From Macrostomum hystrix (taxonomy: Eukaryota > Animalia > Platyhelminthes), in contig CATNEN010000039.1 in NCBI GenBank assembly GCA_950097015.1, forward strand, positions 13,144,001-13,208,000: a DNA stretch of 64,000 bases, written 5' to 3'. The notes beneath the pieces are model-generated. The model searched no databases, had not been told where the DNA came from, and was given only the letters and a program-made list of their open reading frames with translations. Both the position numbers and the translations under genes were made by a program. Positions 15,001 to 28,281 of the stretch are shown piece after piece (the first letter of the stretch is position 1; each line of letters starts with the position of its first letter).

Positions 15001-16978
15001 TCTCTGTCACTCTGCTCATTCACTGTCACTCTGCTCATTCTCTGTCACTTCTGCTCATTCACTGTCACTCTGCTCATTCTCTGTCACTCTGCTCATTCTC
15101 TGTCACTTCTGCTCATTCACTGTCACTCTGCTCATTCTCTGTCACTCTGCTCATTCTCTGTCACTCTGCTCATTCTCTGTCACTCTGCTCATTTTCTGTC
15201 ACTCTGCTCATTCTCTGTCACTTCTGCTCATTCACTGTCACTCTGCTCATTCTCTGTCACTTCTGCTCATTCTCTGTCACTCTGCTCATTTTCTGTCACT
15301 CTGCTCATTCTCTGTCACTCTGCTCATTCTCTGTCACTCTGCTCATTCTCTGTCACTTCTGCTCATTCACTGTCACTCTGCTCATTCTCTGTCACTCTGC
15401 TCATTTTCTGTCACTCTGCTCATTCACTGTCACTCTGCTCATTTTCTGTCACTCTGCTCATTCTCTGTCACTCTGCTCATTCACTGTCACTCTGCTCATT
15501 CTCTGTCACTCTGCTCATTCTCTGTCACTCTGCTCATTCTCTGTCACTTCTGCTCATTCACTGTCACTCTGCTCATTCTCTGTCACTCTGCTCATTCTCT
15601 GTCACTCTGCTCATTCTCTGTCCCTTCTGCTCATTCACTGTCACTCTGCCCATTCTCTGTCACTCTGCTCATTCTCTGTCACTCTGCCGATTCTCTGTCA
15701 CTCTGCTCATTCTCTGTCACTTCTGCTCATTCTCTGTCACTCTGCCCATTCTCTGTCACTCTGCTCATTCTCTGTCACTCTGCTCATTCTCTGTCACTTC
15801 TGCTCATTCACTGTCACTCTGCTCATTCCCTGTCACTCTGCTCATTCTCTGTCACTCTGCTCATTCTCTGTCACTCTGCTCATTCTCTGTCACTCTGCTC
15901 ATTCTCTGTCACTTCTGCTCATTCACTGTCACTCTGCTCATTCTCTGTCACTCTGCTCATTCTCTGTCACTCTGCTCATTCTCTGTCACTCTGCTCATTC
16001 TCTGTCACTTCTGCTCATTCACTGTCACTCTGCTCATTCTCTGTCACTCTGCTCATTCTCTGTCACTTCTGCTCATTCACTGTCACTCTGCTCATTCCCT
16101 GTCACTCTGCTCATTCTCTGTCACTCTGCTCATTCTCTGTCACTCTGCTCATTCTCTGTCACTCTGCTCATTCTCTGTCACTTCTGCTCATTCACTGTCA
16201 CTCTGCTCATTTTCTGTCACTCTGCTCATTCTCTGTCACTCTGCCCATTCTCTGTCACTCTGCTCATTCTCTGTCACTTCTGCTCATTCTCTGTCACTCT
16301 GCCCATTCTCTGTCACTCTGCCCATTCTCTGTCACTCTGCTCATTCTCTGTCCCTTCTGCTCATTCTCTGTCACTTCTGCTCATTCTGTCACTCTGCTCA
16401 TTCTCTGTCACTCTGCTCATTCTCTGTCCCTTCTGCTCATTCACTGTCACTCTGCCCATTCTCTGTCACTCTGCTCATTCTCTGTCACTCTGCTCATTCT
16501 CTGTCACTCTGCTCATTCTCTGTCACTTCTGCTCATTCACTGTCACTCTGCTCATTCTCTGTCACTCTGCTCATTCTCTGTCACTTCTGCTCATTCACTG
16601 TCACTTCTGCTCATTCCCTGTCACTCTGCTCATTCTCTGTCACTCTGCTCATTCTCTGTCCCTTCTGCTCATTCACTGTCACTCTGCCCATTCTCTGTCA
16701 CTCTGCTCATTATCTGTCACTCTGCTCATTCTCTGTCACTCTGCTCATTCTCTGTCACTTCTGCTCATTCACTGTCACTCTGCTCATTCTCTGTCACTCT
16801 GCTCATTCTCTGTCACTTCTGCTCATTCACTGTCACTCTGCTCATTCCCTGTCACTCTGCTCATTCTCTGTCACTCTGCTCATTCTCTGTCACTCTGCTC
16901 ATTCTCTGTCACTCTGCTCATTTTCTGTCACTCTGCTCATTGTATGTCACTCTGCTCATTGTATGTCACTCCGTCACT
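1..16978. repeat. 19-bp satellite array (consensus CATTCTCTGTCACTCTGCT) with 17- and 20-bp variant units; runs off the left edge
   Basis: Continuous tandem units with recurring variants (CATTCACTG, CATTTTCTG, CACTTCTG, GCCCATT, TCCCTTCTG). The array decays at ~16940-16978. Confidence 0.99.
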
Positions 16979-17616
16979 CTCTGAAAATTGCAGGCCATGG
17001 TGTACTATACTGCTTTCATTGTCTTGAAACTAGCTAAGGCACATTATTTTATTAGTCAGTACAAAATTCAATCAAGCGATTGGTTGATTTTGACTGGAAA
17101 TTCGGAAATTGCCAAATTTCTTGGATTAGAAAGCTTATACAGAACTGATTTTGCCTTCACACCTCCTCCGCACGGTAGAATATCATCCGCTGTTTAAGTG
17201 AAAAAAAAACTGAAAATATCTTACTTGCATGTTAGATATAGAAAATACAGTGGAGAGAAAAATACTAATATGAACAGCTCACTGAAAATATTTAGGGCTG
17301 TACTGCAGAGAACAGGCCTATATCAAATAATATCTTCGGCAATATACCCCAGCTATTATAATGCGGATATCATCCCTCAATCCTTTTCAAATCCGTTCCT
17401 CACCCGGCAACACTGCCGCTCAAGGGAAAACGCACTTTTGTCTATACGATTCGCATGCATAATGGATGACATCCAGATGGATGGGCGCGCTGAACAGCCT
17501 GTGGCTGAGCATGAGCTAGTGCGTCTGCATTTTCACTGCTTACAGATTGCACATCCTTGCAGGGAAATATTTTTGTTATAATGGGATTTATAACCTGTCT
17601 TTCTGGGATTTAAAAT

Positions 17617-18385
17617 CTCACCTGGCTCTCACCCTACTCACCTGTCTCTCACCTTACTCACCTGTCTCTCACCCTACTCACCTGTCTCTCACCCTACTCA
17701 CCTGGCTCTCACCCTACTCACCTGTCTCTCACCCTACTCACCTGTCTCTCACCCTACTCACCTGTCTCACCCTACTCACCTGTCTCTCACCCTACTCACC
17801 TGTCTCACCCTACTCACCTGTCTCTCACCCTACTCACCTGTCTCTCACCCTACTCACATGTCTCTCACCCTACTCATCTGTCTCTCACCCTACTCACCTG
17901 TCTCACCCTACTCACCTGTCTCTCACCCTACTCACCTGTCTCTCACCCTACTCACCTGTCTCTCACCCTACTCACCTGTCTCTCACCCTACTCATCTGTC
18001 TCTCACCCTACTCACCTGTCTCTCACCCTACTCACCTGTCTCTCACCCTACTCACCTGTCTCTCACCCTACTCACCTGTCTCTCACCCTACTCACCTGTC
18101 TCTCACCCTACTCACCTGTCTCTCACCCTACTCACCTGTCTCTCACCCTACTCACCTGTCTCTCACCCTACTCATCTGTCTCTCACCCTACTCACCTGTC
18201 TCTCACCCTACTCACCTGTCTCTCACCCTACTCATCTGTCTCTCACCCTACTCACCTGTCTCACCCTACTCACCTGTCTCTCACCCTACTCACCTGTCTC
18301 TCACCCTACTCACCTGTCTCTCACCCTACTCACCTGTCTCTGACCTGACCCTACTCACCTGTCTCTGACCTGACCCTACTCATCC
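17617..18385. repeat. 20-bp minisatellite (CTCACCCTACTCACCTGTCT)
   Basis: Direct tandem units. Explains ORFs 17547..18368 and 17858..18343. Confidence 0.97.
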
Positions 18386-21300
18386 ATCTCTAGCTTTATT
18401 ACCAGTCCATTACCAGCGGTGTCACTCAAATATCACAAACTTTTCCTTCGCACCTCATTCATCATCATTCCCTAACTCAAAACCGAGCTGTCAATCAGCA
18501 TATCGACTATATCGATGCCAGAGTCTAGCTGGAAGCGTATGACCAGTTTATCAGAGGACCTTCCACATCAGTAGTCAGGAGCATAATTCACGCGAGCCTC
18601 GATACAGAGATCGATAGCAAATGCGATTAGGAATTTCACGACAGCGAAGTGAGCCAGATGGAGCTAGGGCCAAGGCACAGATCAATATCTTGCGACTAAA
18701 GCCTAATGTATCCTAGGGACTCGCTACATACAGACTATATACCTGTATAATGCATGAATACTAATCAGGAAAGAAGCAATTTATCTTACCTTCAGTTTTA
18801 TTTCGCTTCGATTTCTCTTACAAAGCATGTATTTAATTATTCTCTACTCGTGAAATTGAAAATAAAAAGCGCATAACTGTCATTTCTCAGACAGTCGGGC
18901 AGAGCAGATATCTCCACAGCCAGATATATTATGTATAGATATATATATAAGCCAAGGATAATAAAACCGTGAGGCAGGTGAGAACAGGCTACGAAGATTG
19001 AATACTGGATTGGGTGACACAGTCGCGGAAGAGTAAGATTTTTAAGGGAGGAAAAACAACAAGCGCGCGCGGGCCAGTGAGATGGGGTCTGAGCTCAGCA
19101 ACAGGCTATAAGGTAGGAGGGCAAGGACAACCCCCGCTTGCTATTTAGCCTGAAACCAAGCGACTGGAAATCCCACTCAATCCTGCCCGACCCATCCCAA
19201 TGCTCCACACGGCGCCATCCCCGCGTCTTCAAGTAGGACAGAGAACTGAGATGCGAGAGCCACTAATTTAGCAGCGTCTTTTAAAAAGAGAGAGAGAAAA
19301 GACAGACAGTCGCAAAGGCAGAAGCAAGGTAAAAGATGGAGCAGGTAGGGGGGGTTGGAGGACGCGAATGAGCCAATCCACAGTTAACACCTGGTCCTTA
19401 TATCCGTTGCGCTTATAGACTTGTAGATAGTATTATTATAATTAGCTAGAAGCATATAATTAACGGACGTCGACAGTTTGAAATTGAGACAATATACAAC
19501 TTTACAACACAAACAATACAATTACAAATGAAAGCGTCTCCGTTCACACATTTCGCTACATATAGGATTGTCTTTCTATATTTTTTTCTTGTCGCTGTTG
19601 TCAATGGCCTGAACCTGACTATAGACTCCGACCTAGATAATTATTGAGACACGATTAGACTGAACCCGGGACACATAAAGATCTTTTAGTGAGCTGTTCG
19701 GTCCATAAAAACACACACACACATATATCCCTAGCAAATTAGGGATAACAAGAAGATGAAAGAAAGAATAGATTCTTTAAAGATGAAGATAATGAAGCCA
19801 TTTAATGAGGCTTTGCTATTTTTATCATAAAATCTGTTTGAAGAAAGTTGTTTCAAAAAAATAAATGTTTTTGTTATAATAGTACAGATACGCTCGAGAG
19901 AAAACTCTAATTTCATGACCCCCCATTGCTACTTAAAGTAGACAATGTCGAAAAAAACACTCGTAACACAAGTTAGCGATGATTCGCAATTAATTTTTTT
20001 TGTGCAGAGTTTTTTTACCCAACGAAAACAACAAATTAACACGAAGATGATGAAACTAAGCGTTTATTATTGAATTAAAGCATTTTGCTCATACGAGTAA
20101 AAATAAAAACAAACAAACAAAAACAATTTTCGCATTCGCATTTTTTTGATAGATAAAATACAGGCTAGAGTTAAAAAAATAAGAACAAATAGAGGCTGCC
20201 TAACAACCCGGATGCGCAAGGCTAAAATGATTTGAAAACATTTGAAATCCCGCCAACCGAAAATAAGAAGACGCTGATAATTAAAACAAATAAACATAGT
20301 TAGCAGAGCAATAATGTTAAAAACAAAAAAAAAACTAAACACAAAACCAGAGTCAGTAGGGATATGGAAAACAATTAAGAAATGTTTTAATTATCTATCT
20401 ATCTTTTTAATTTTAACAATTTTTTTGCAAAATGATGATAATAATGTCCTTAACTGCCAGACTTAGTAAAGTAATCACTTTAGTTAGTAACACTTTTATA
20501 ACGAAACTCTTATAGAAATAAAAAAGCCGGAAAATTTACGAAATATGGATATTTAAGAAAATCCGGAAAATTCACGACAACCGGAAAATTGAAGAAAACC
20601 CGGAGAGTTTAGGTAAACCCCGAAAGTTACATGAAAATAAAAAAACGTTATTTAGATGTTTAGATTTTGCAGTATTCACATATTGACCTAAACCCAATGT
20701 GTCCTACATCAGAATGACATTTAAAAGTAGCTCTGGTCAGAAATAAAAGTGAATGTAAAATTAGCAAAATACATTAAATCTAGCGTCAGTTATACTGTAC
20801 TCAGGTAAATAAATTACTCGATAGTAGTCAAATAATGCACTGCTTATTGATTATAGGTGGTTAGAACAGCTGGCCAATTATGTAACTAGAGGCATAAACT
20901 GCTATTGACAAACAAAACTAGGTCAAGGTTATGAAAAAAACGGGGGGAAAAAGAAGTCCGATGAATAAAAAACTGATTTGATTAGTTGAAGGCGGCTCCA
21001 AGTTGCTGCACAAGAAGTGGGTTTCAAGCAATGGAGCAGCCAGTGTTTCAAGTTAACATTATTCAGTTCAATGCCAAATTCAAGCCGAATCATAGTGGGT
21101 CAACCAAACGCCATAAACGGTAAAAACACTAAAAGTCACAACAATAGCGCAACACTACTACTCAGTAGAAAAAGTAGTGTAGCAAGCAGTAAAGTCAAGT
21201 AAATTTCAGGGCAGCGCCGGAAGAAGACAGAAAAATGAATAGAAGAAAAAAATTGCAACCAAGAAAATAGAGATATAAATATAACGGTACAGGAGACAAA

Positions 21301-21493
21301 AAGGCAGTTTATCATCGTTGCAACTAGGCGAACAGATTTGCAACTGACACAATAAATAGCAATTTGCAAACTAGTTAGGGACTTTAGTTCCACACGGGAA
21401 GCAACCGAGGACAAGGATAAAAACAAACAAAAATAACTAACTGTTCGCGAAATGAAAACAATTCAAAAAGTCATCATTGAAGTCAAGTGGCGA

Positions 21494-23427
21494 TCAACGC
21501 TTCGCATTTGCAGTCAGAGCCGCAACAGAGGGCCGCTGCTGCTGCTGCTGTTGCTGCGACTGTGGCAATTGTGGCGCAGCCCTGGGCATGTGAAACCAGT
21601 GCATCAGACCGGCCTCAACCAGTTCCTCTTGAACAAATCGCCAAGGCTGCTGCTGCGAGTCACTGCCTGCCAGTTGATGGTCTCTGGCGTACAGGTACAC
21701 GCACGGCTGGCCGACATCGTTAAAGTACATTACCTGGCATTTCACCCGCCTGTTAGTCAGGTAGCCCAGGTGAACAGCCCGGCTGATGGTGTCCAACTGA
21801 CTGTCGACATCGTCGGCTGCCGATGTACCGGACAGCTGCAGGACGGGGCTAACGTAGGCCAAGTGAGCTTCGACAGCTTGGAATGGCAGGTGCATCATCT
21901 CAGTGCTGAGGGCGGGAGCGGGCCGGGTAAGATTAGACAATTATATATAGACTGTTGGATAATGAGGCCAATCTAGTGAGAGATGGGATGAGACTGTTGG
22001 ATAATGAGGCCAATCTAGTGAGAGATGGGATGAGACTGTTGGATAATGAGGCCAATCTAGTGAGAGATGGGATGAGACTGTTGGATAATGAGGCCAATCT
22101 AGTGAGAGATGGGATGAGATTGTTGGATAATGAGGCCAATCTAGTGAGAGATGGGATGAGACTGTTGGATAATGAGGCCAATCTAGTGAGAGATGGGATG
22201 AGACTGTTGGATAATGAGGCCAATCTAGTGAGAGATGGGATGAGACTGTTGGATAATGAGGCCAATCTAGTGAGAGATGGGATGAGACTGTTGGATAATG
22301 AGGCCAATCTAGTGAGAGATGGGATGAGACTGTTGGATAATGAGGCCAATCTAGTGAGAGATGGTCAATAAAAGCAAAATCCGTAGTCACTAACCGAATC
22401 TGTTTCAAGCATCCCACAGGCATTTTCTCGTAGCCGCCCCAGTCCAGGTACTTCATCAGCACCGCGTCCTCTTCCGGGAACACGTCGGCGATGATGGCCC
22501 GGTGCCAGCTGTCGCCGAATGGAGCGATACAAACAGCGCCAGGATTCACAGGCCTTGGTAGGCAGGGTGGCGGCTGAGAATTCGAACCACCGACCGCGCC
22601 GCCGCCGTAGTGACGCTTAATTAGGGCGTCCATCTTTTCCAGGTGATGAAAGCTGGGATGAGTCGGCTGCTGCAGGAAGACTGTGGTACCGCGCGACATG
22701 GCGCACACGGTCACATCTATTGTGGCACCAACCGGCAGACTGAGCTGTGTAACAATGATTGAGATTGGTTGTATAATTAGCACCATTATGTACGAATGGA
22801 AGCCTGAACTACTGTTATTAGTAGTCAGCTAGTAGTAGTATGTGACTTCACTAGTGACTAGGACAGCTAACATTGCTCTGTGTAAACCTCGACTTTACTG
22901 AGCGGAAAATTTTAGCCCGTGTTCTGTATTTTTATGGCGATTGAATGAATATTTTATATTTTAGATACAGAAAAATGAAAAAAAATTGGGTATTTAAAAT
23001 GTCCCCCTGAATTAATTAACAATTTTAATAATAATAATAATAATTGATTACACCTGCCCCAATTGAGTCAGATGTGCAGCCGATAGCACAGCCGCAGCTA
23101 ATGCGCGGCGCATCTGAAGGCTGCGTACAGCTGTTCAGTCCATGGACTGGGGGACGCCACACCCACCCATCAATCATCCCAGCTAATGCTGGTACCCATT
23201 TAACAGCTGGGTGAACTGAAGCAATGCAGAGTTAAGTGTCTTGCTAATTGTTTAAGTGGAGTCGGGAATCGAACCCCCGACCTTCAAGTCGTGAGTCCGA
23301 CGCCCTAACCACTAGGCTACAACCTCTACAACCCCTGGTATTAGTACTGTTAAAGACTGCGTAGAGTTGCTCAGTCCGAGGACCTACAGACCGCTAATAT
23401 TTAGCTTGACAGTAATTGCGTTTTTAA

Positions 23428-23475
<48 letters not shown>

Positions 23476-25740
23476 CTACATTTATCTGAATTGACTTTTT
23501 ACAATCGAGCAGTGTACACAAACTACGAGTATAAATCCCAAAAACAAGTACAAATCATCTCTATGAGAAGATATAAAATATTCTTTAAAAAACTAAAAGT
23601 ACAATTCGCGAACCTTAGCATTGTCGGAAAGATGAATGAATGAATTGTACAGTGTACAATGGCTCCCTAACTAAAAGCAAACAAACTAGAATTAGATAAT
23701 AAAACTAGAGGCATTGAAAAGAAAGCCTTAGTGACTGACCCTGCCCTGGCTTGTAAGCACGTTTAACTAGCGTGCAAATTAATTATAACTGCAACAATAT
23801 AAAAAATGCACTGCACTGTAACACTGGTAAGGGGAGGGAATGGTACGTTAAGATAAGGTTAAGAGCCGCGGAGGGGTAGAAAATGTTCGCAAGCCCAAGT
23901 TTAGTCAGGCAGGGGTGGCCTTTGCACTTTTTCTTTAACTAATATAGCGAGTGCGGACAGAGGAACAGCGAAGGACAAAGACAGACCAGACCAGAGCCTA
24001 GGAGAAGAAAAAATGAAACTAGGACCGACCCCTCTGTCTTTGCAGAAACTTTTTTTCTAGAACTTTTAAAGGCCTCGTACTGCGATTCCGATTCTAAGAT
24101 GAATAGGAAAGAAGGGCCAGTTCTTTGCTATATTTGCTCTTAGATGCACTGTTCCATTCTATTGTACAGAAACCGGAAAAATAGCATTTATGGGAGGGGC
24201 CAAAAAAAGCAGAAAAGCAAAGCCTAGAGGGCACCAGTATTAGCGAATCAGCAACACCGCCAGCTATTGCGCGGCGCATCTGAAGGCTGTTCAGTCCATA
24301 GACTGGTGGGATGCCGCACCCATCCCTTAATTACCTCAATGCCTCAATACCTGTTCTAGTCTAGTCGGGGGTCGAACCCCCGACCTTCAAGCAGTGAGTC
24401 AGACGCTCTATCTAACCACTAGGCCACAGGAACAGCTAGTAGAACCTCATATTTTTCAGGCTTTGTAAGAAATATTAAACATTTTCCTCTACTTTAGCAG
24501 ACGTCGCTTAAAGCAAAAAAATTAAAAGATAACAACTGAAGTTAAGAAGAGTTTAACTCATTTAATATTGCAGTCATACCTGAACCATTGTGGGTTGCAG
24601 GGCCGGATTGCGCTGTATAGGCACAGCGGTGTTGATTGGCTTCACATCCAATTCTGGAAATCGCTTCTTAATCACCTGCAGGGCGCTCTTGACACAATCA
24701 ACTGGGCCTGCAATTTACACAATGAGAGGCTATGTGCAACATAGAAACAATATAGTCTTATGCATATAAATATGACTCATATTGACGTCCTAGGTTGATC
24801 CTCATATTTATAGCCGCTGATATCCTTAGATTGGTCCTCATATTTATAGCCGCTGATATCCTTAGACTGGTCCTCATATTTATAGCCGCTGATATCCTTA
24901 GACTGGTCCTCATATTTATAGCCGCTGATATCCTTAGACTGGTCCTCATATTTATAGCCGCTGATATCCTTAGACTGGTCCTCATATTTATAGCCGCTGA
25001 TATCCTTAGACTGGTCCTCATATTTGCACCCACTGATATTCTAGATTGGTCCTCCAAATTGGCAGACTGTCCTCTGTTTGTGAAGGCAAAATCTTACCTC
25101 GAATGTTAACAACTTGAGTCTTCTTGTCGAAGAAATTGCGACTAATCCACACGGAAGCGCCGGATTTGCTCCTGATGTAGCTGATGTTTCTGCCACCGGT
25201 GCCAACCATTGAGCCGCCTAGACGGTTTGGTATGAGAAACTGGTGCACAATGTCGCCTTCATCGCCGGGTACTGGGGACGCACCGCGGACAATGCTTCTA
25301 TGCTTGAGTTTTTTCTGATTATTATCAGCATTATTATTATCATTGAGATCGATTGCTTGAGCCAAATTTGAGTCGGAATGACGACCGCTGTCATTTTCAT
25401 CGATTTCATCTTCATCTTCATTGGACTGTTGAAACTGCCGATTCTTGGCCAGCCAGTTGCTGACCCGATGATCAACGGTGGTGGTTGCTGACGGCTCGGT
25501 AGACTGACTGGCAGCTGTCACAGTCATGCTGGTAGCTTTCAACTCGCTGACAACATCGGCCACAACTTCGCCATCATCAGGCAGATTGTTATTCACTAAA
25601 TCGTTGTCATTGTTGTTGTCGCCACTGCCACTAATAATGCATGTGCTAACAGTGTTAGCCATAGTTGTATTGCCTGTTGGCAATGGTTTAGTACCAGCCT
25701 CACTACTAGCTATATTTGATTCATCGATTAGCTCTGTCAT
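21494..25740 (-). CDS. AKAP1: AKAP1/spoonbill-like KH + Tudor domain RNA-binding protein; exons 25740-25098, 24707-24580, 22744-22395, 21905-21494
   Basis: KH domain with GxxG loop (FLIPNRLGGSMVGTGGRNISYIRSKSGASV..G|PVDCVKSALQVIKKRFP) followed by an extended Tudor domain (FLQQPTHPSF..CIAPFGDSWHRA..YLDWGGYE..LKQIR|TEMMHLPFQAVE). All junctions are GT-AG and frame-consistent. The N-terminus is uncertain. Confidence 0.85.
21949..22363. repeat. 42-bp minisatellite (~10 copies) filling the last AKAP1-like intron
   Basis: Unit AGACTGTTGGATAATGAGGCCAATCTAGTGAGAGATGGGATG; near-identical copies. Confidence 0.97.
23053..23319 (-). mobile_element. tRNA-derived SINE, family B (CORE-like body)
   Basis: Minus strand shows A box TAGCCTAGTGG and B box GGTTCGATTCC, then GCAAGACACTTAACTCTGCATTGCTTCAGTTCACCCAGCTGTTAAATGGG, which resembles the MIR/CORE-SINE core. 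Related copies at 24258-24427 and 58855-58992. Confidence 0.8.
23429..23475. repeat. (CA)n microsatellite
   Basis: Direct reading. Confidence 0.97.
24258..24427 (-). mobile_element. SINE family B copy, internally deleted
   Basis: Shares GCGCGGCGCATCTGAAGGCTG and the tRNA-like head (GTCGGGGGTCGAACCCCCGACCTTCAAG) with the 23053 copy. Confidence 0.75.
24795..25053. repeat. 36-bp intronic minisatellite (~7 copies)
   Basis: Unit CTGGTCCTCATATTTATAGCCGCTGATATCCTTAGA. Explains ORFs 24758..25057 and 24795..25109. Confidence 0.95.
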
Positions 25741-27784
25741 GATCTTTCAGATGTGTACTGTATTGTTTAGAACTTTTTTAAATAGATTCACTAGCAAAAT
25801 AAGCTCTATTTGCTGAAATATATTTTTTATGAAATTTCATTTTAAGATGTCAAAGTGAATAAAAGCATGATAATTCATTTACTGTTTTAATCACAATAGT
25901 TCGACTTAAAATGAACATACTCTGCAGTTGTACTGCAAAAAAAAGTACAAAAAATATTTTTTTGCTAATATAGATAAAATCAATATATAGTTATGGTTGC
26001 AAAATTGCAAATTGGCAGCCATACAGATTGTAAGAATGTGCCAATAGATATAAAAAATAATATAAAAGGTTCTGAATATTAACAGAAGCAGCTTTCAGTC
26101 AATCAAGCCCATAGACAGGAAGGTACAACAAGGTAGTCTTTGCTACAGAATATTCTAGCACACACATTCATTGTAATGGGTCAAGTTGCACTATGTGCAC
26201 AATCACAGTGCAAAGTGAGGTCTGCATGAGGTAATCATTGGGCAATATACAGTGCACAATTAGCACATGTTTAATTTCCACAATGCTTTGTGTCAAAAAT
26301 CACAAATATATATTTAATGTACATTTTCAAATTTTAAAGTTCATCATATTTTGTAAAAATCATTTAAATATACTGTGACAATTTTACTTATTTGTCTTTC
26401 TAGAAAACATTTGTTTTGCATTTTATTCTTTTATATTTAATTAGACACTGTTACTTATATTTCAAGCTGATATATAATATTTTTATCTAATATACATTAA
26501 GTAAGATATATTACAATATAATACCAATTTACTAATTTCTTTATAGTGTACCTTTTTGTGTACCCTATTGGAGCCAATAGGGGTTTTTGTGGACAGCGTC
26601 TGGCGCGCTTGTGAAAAATTGCCAATCTAGAAAGAATTACTGTCTGCACGGCCGCGCCTTGTGTGTGTAAAGTTGTCATAAGTATGTAGATGTATAACAA
26701 ACAGTGTGCCCTTGTGCCCCTACATGAATACATACTCCGCAGTGCCTGAGTGCGAAAAGACAACCTTAGCTGTTCTAATTATAGAAATACACTACAGACA
26801 TCAAAAAAGGTCATTTGGTATATGTGTCCATATTTTTGCGAAATCACCACATACCTGTTCTATTTTTAGAAATACACTATGGAGATCAAAAAAGGTCTTT
26901 TGACATTTTTTGTGAAATCAATTACTACATTGAGTCAGACTGAAAATATATAGCAATTGTGGATTTGCGCTCTTTTTCTTGAATGCGCACTGCGCGCCTC
27001 GCAGGAGTGTCTACAGCTTTTTTAATTTGCTCTATTAGGGTTTGTATAAATGTGCCCATTGAACTTGAATGTAAAACTTTTACTACTTTTTAAAGTTCTG
27101 AATAAGCAAGAATGGCCCCTTTTGCATTTTGCCATATTTTTACAGCCTATCGAGCTTTCATAATTTATTTGCTTAGATTTACTGAGCCAAGCAAGGCTAA
27201 CAAATACTGATAAGCAAATAGCCTATACAATTAAAACATAGGGCCTAAGACCTAAAAGATATTAGGCCCCTACAACAATTGATTGATTGAATATGTGAGA
27301 TTGACTAACATATATTTTTGCTTGTTGAAATATTTTTCATTGTAATATAATAATGTTTGAGCATATTACATTAGAAGTTTTATGCACAGAAATAATATTT
27401 TGTTTCTGTTTATTTTCTTGACATGACACTTGACAAGAACACTTGACATTCATTGTCTTTTGCCTTTGAATTCAACACTTCCCAAAATGTTTCATAACTA
27501 AGGTGTTAAAGGTAGTCAGTTAGTCAGCTCCCAAATTAATTGAAAAATACCAAATCCAAAAGACTATGATACCATTTACCAACATACCATTTGGCATAAT
27601 TCTCTAAATTTGATCATGCCCTTTGAAATTTGATATTGCTATGACATACTGGTGACACAAAAAACCTAGGCTTAATTTAGAAGAATTAGTTTAGACTTAA
27701 AACAAGTAGGCCTAATACATCTATACTTTTATAGCTTAGGCCCTAGTGCCTGCCCTGATATTGCAAAAGTTCCATTATCAGAAA

Positions 27785-28281
27785 GGCAGTGCTTATCCCC
27801 ACGGTACCGTAGAAATAATTTTTGTCTTATTCCTACGGTACCATGGGAATAATTTCCTGCTTATCCCCATGGCACACTGACGAGATAGCTGTCCTATCTT
27901 CAACATATTCCGTGGGAATAATTTCCTGCTTATCTGCACGGCACACTGACGAGATAGCTGTCCTATCATCTATCTTTTTATCATGACTGCAATTTTCCTT
28001 TTTTCTTCCGGTTTTTAAAAGCAAGTAAACAAATTAAAGTTTTCTGCTTTTTTCGCAATTAGTTAACCAATACGGTGGCTTTTTTAAGTAGATAGGACAG
28101 CTATCTCGTCAGTGTGCCATGTGGATAAGCAGGAAATTATTCCCACGGAATATGTTGAAGATAGGACAGCTATCTCGTCAGTGTGCCGTGCGGATAAGCA
28201 GGAAATTATTCCCATGGTACTGTAGGAATAAGACAAAAATTATTTCTACGGTAGGGGCCTACCGTGGGGATAAGCACTGCC
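27785..28281. mobile_element. Non-autonomous foldback/MULE-like element with ~185-bp TIRs and 9-bp TSD
   Basis: Termini GGCAGTGCTTATCCCCACGG...CCGTGGGGATAAGCACTGCC. TATCAGAAA is duplicated at 27776-27784 and 28282-28290. The TIRs contain internal sub-repeats. Long TIRs with a 9-bp TSD are typical of Mutator-like elements. Confidence 0.85.

Noticed and set aside
1-16978. Satellite + strand is essentially stop-free for ~17 kb
   Set aside because: This follows trivially from a unit lacking TAA/TAG/TGA. There is no ATG, and the 19-bp period with indels gives no stable frame.
21949-22363. Regular repeats as a CRISPR array
   Set aside because: No unique spacers, eukaryotic intron context, no cas genes.
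23255-23319. tRNA gene
   Set aside because: The tRNA-like head continues into a repeated SINE body and has no proper acceptor stem or terminator.
26560-27045. Possible old piggyBac-like element (CCCT...AGGG ends with weak inverted similarity)
   Set aside because: TIRs are too degenerate and there is no TTAA TSD.
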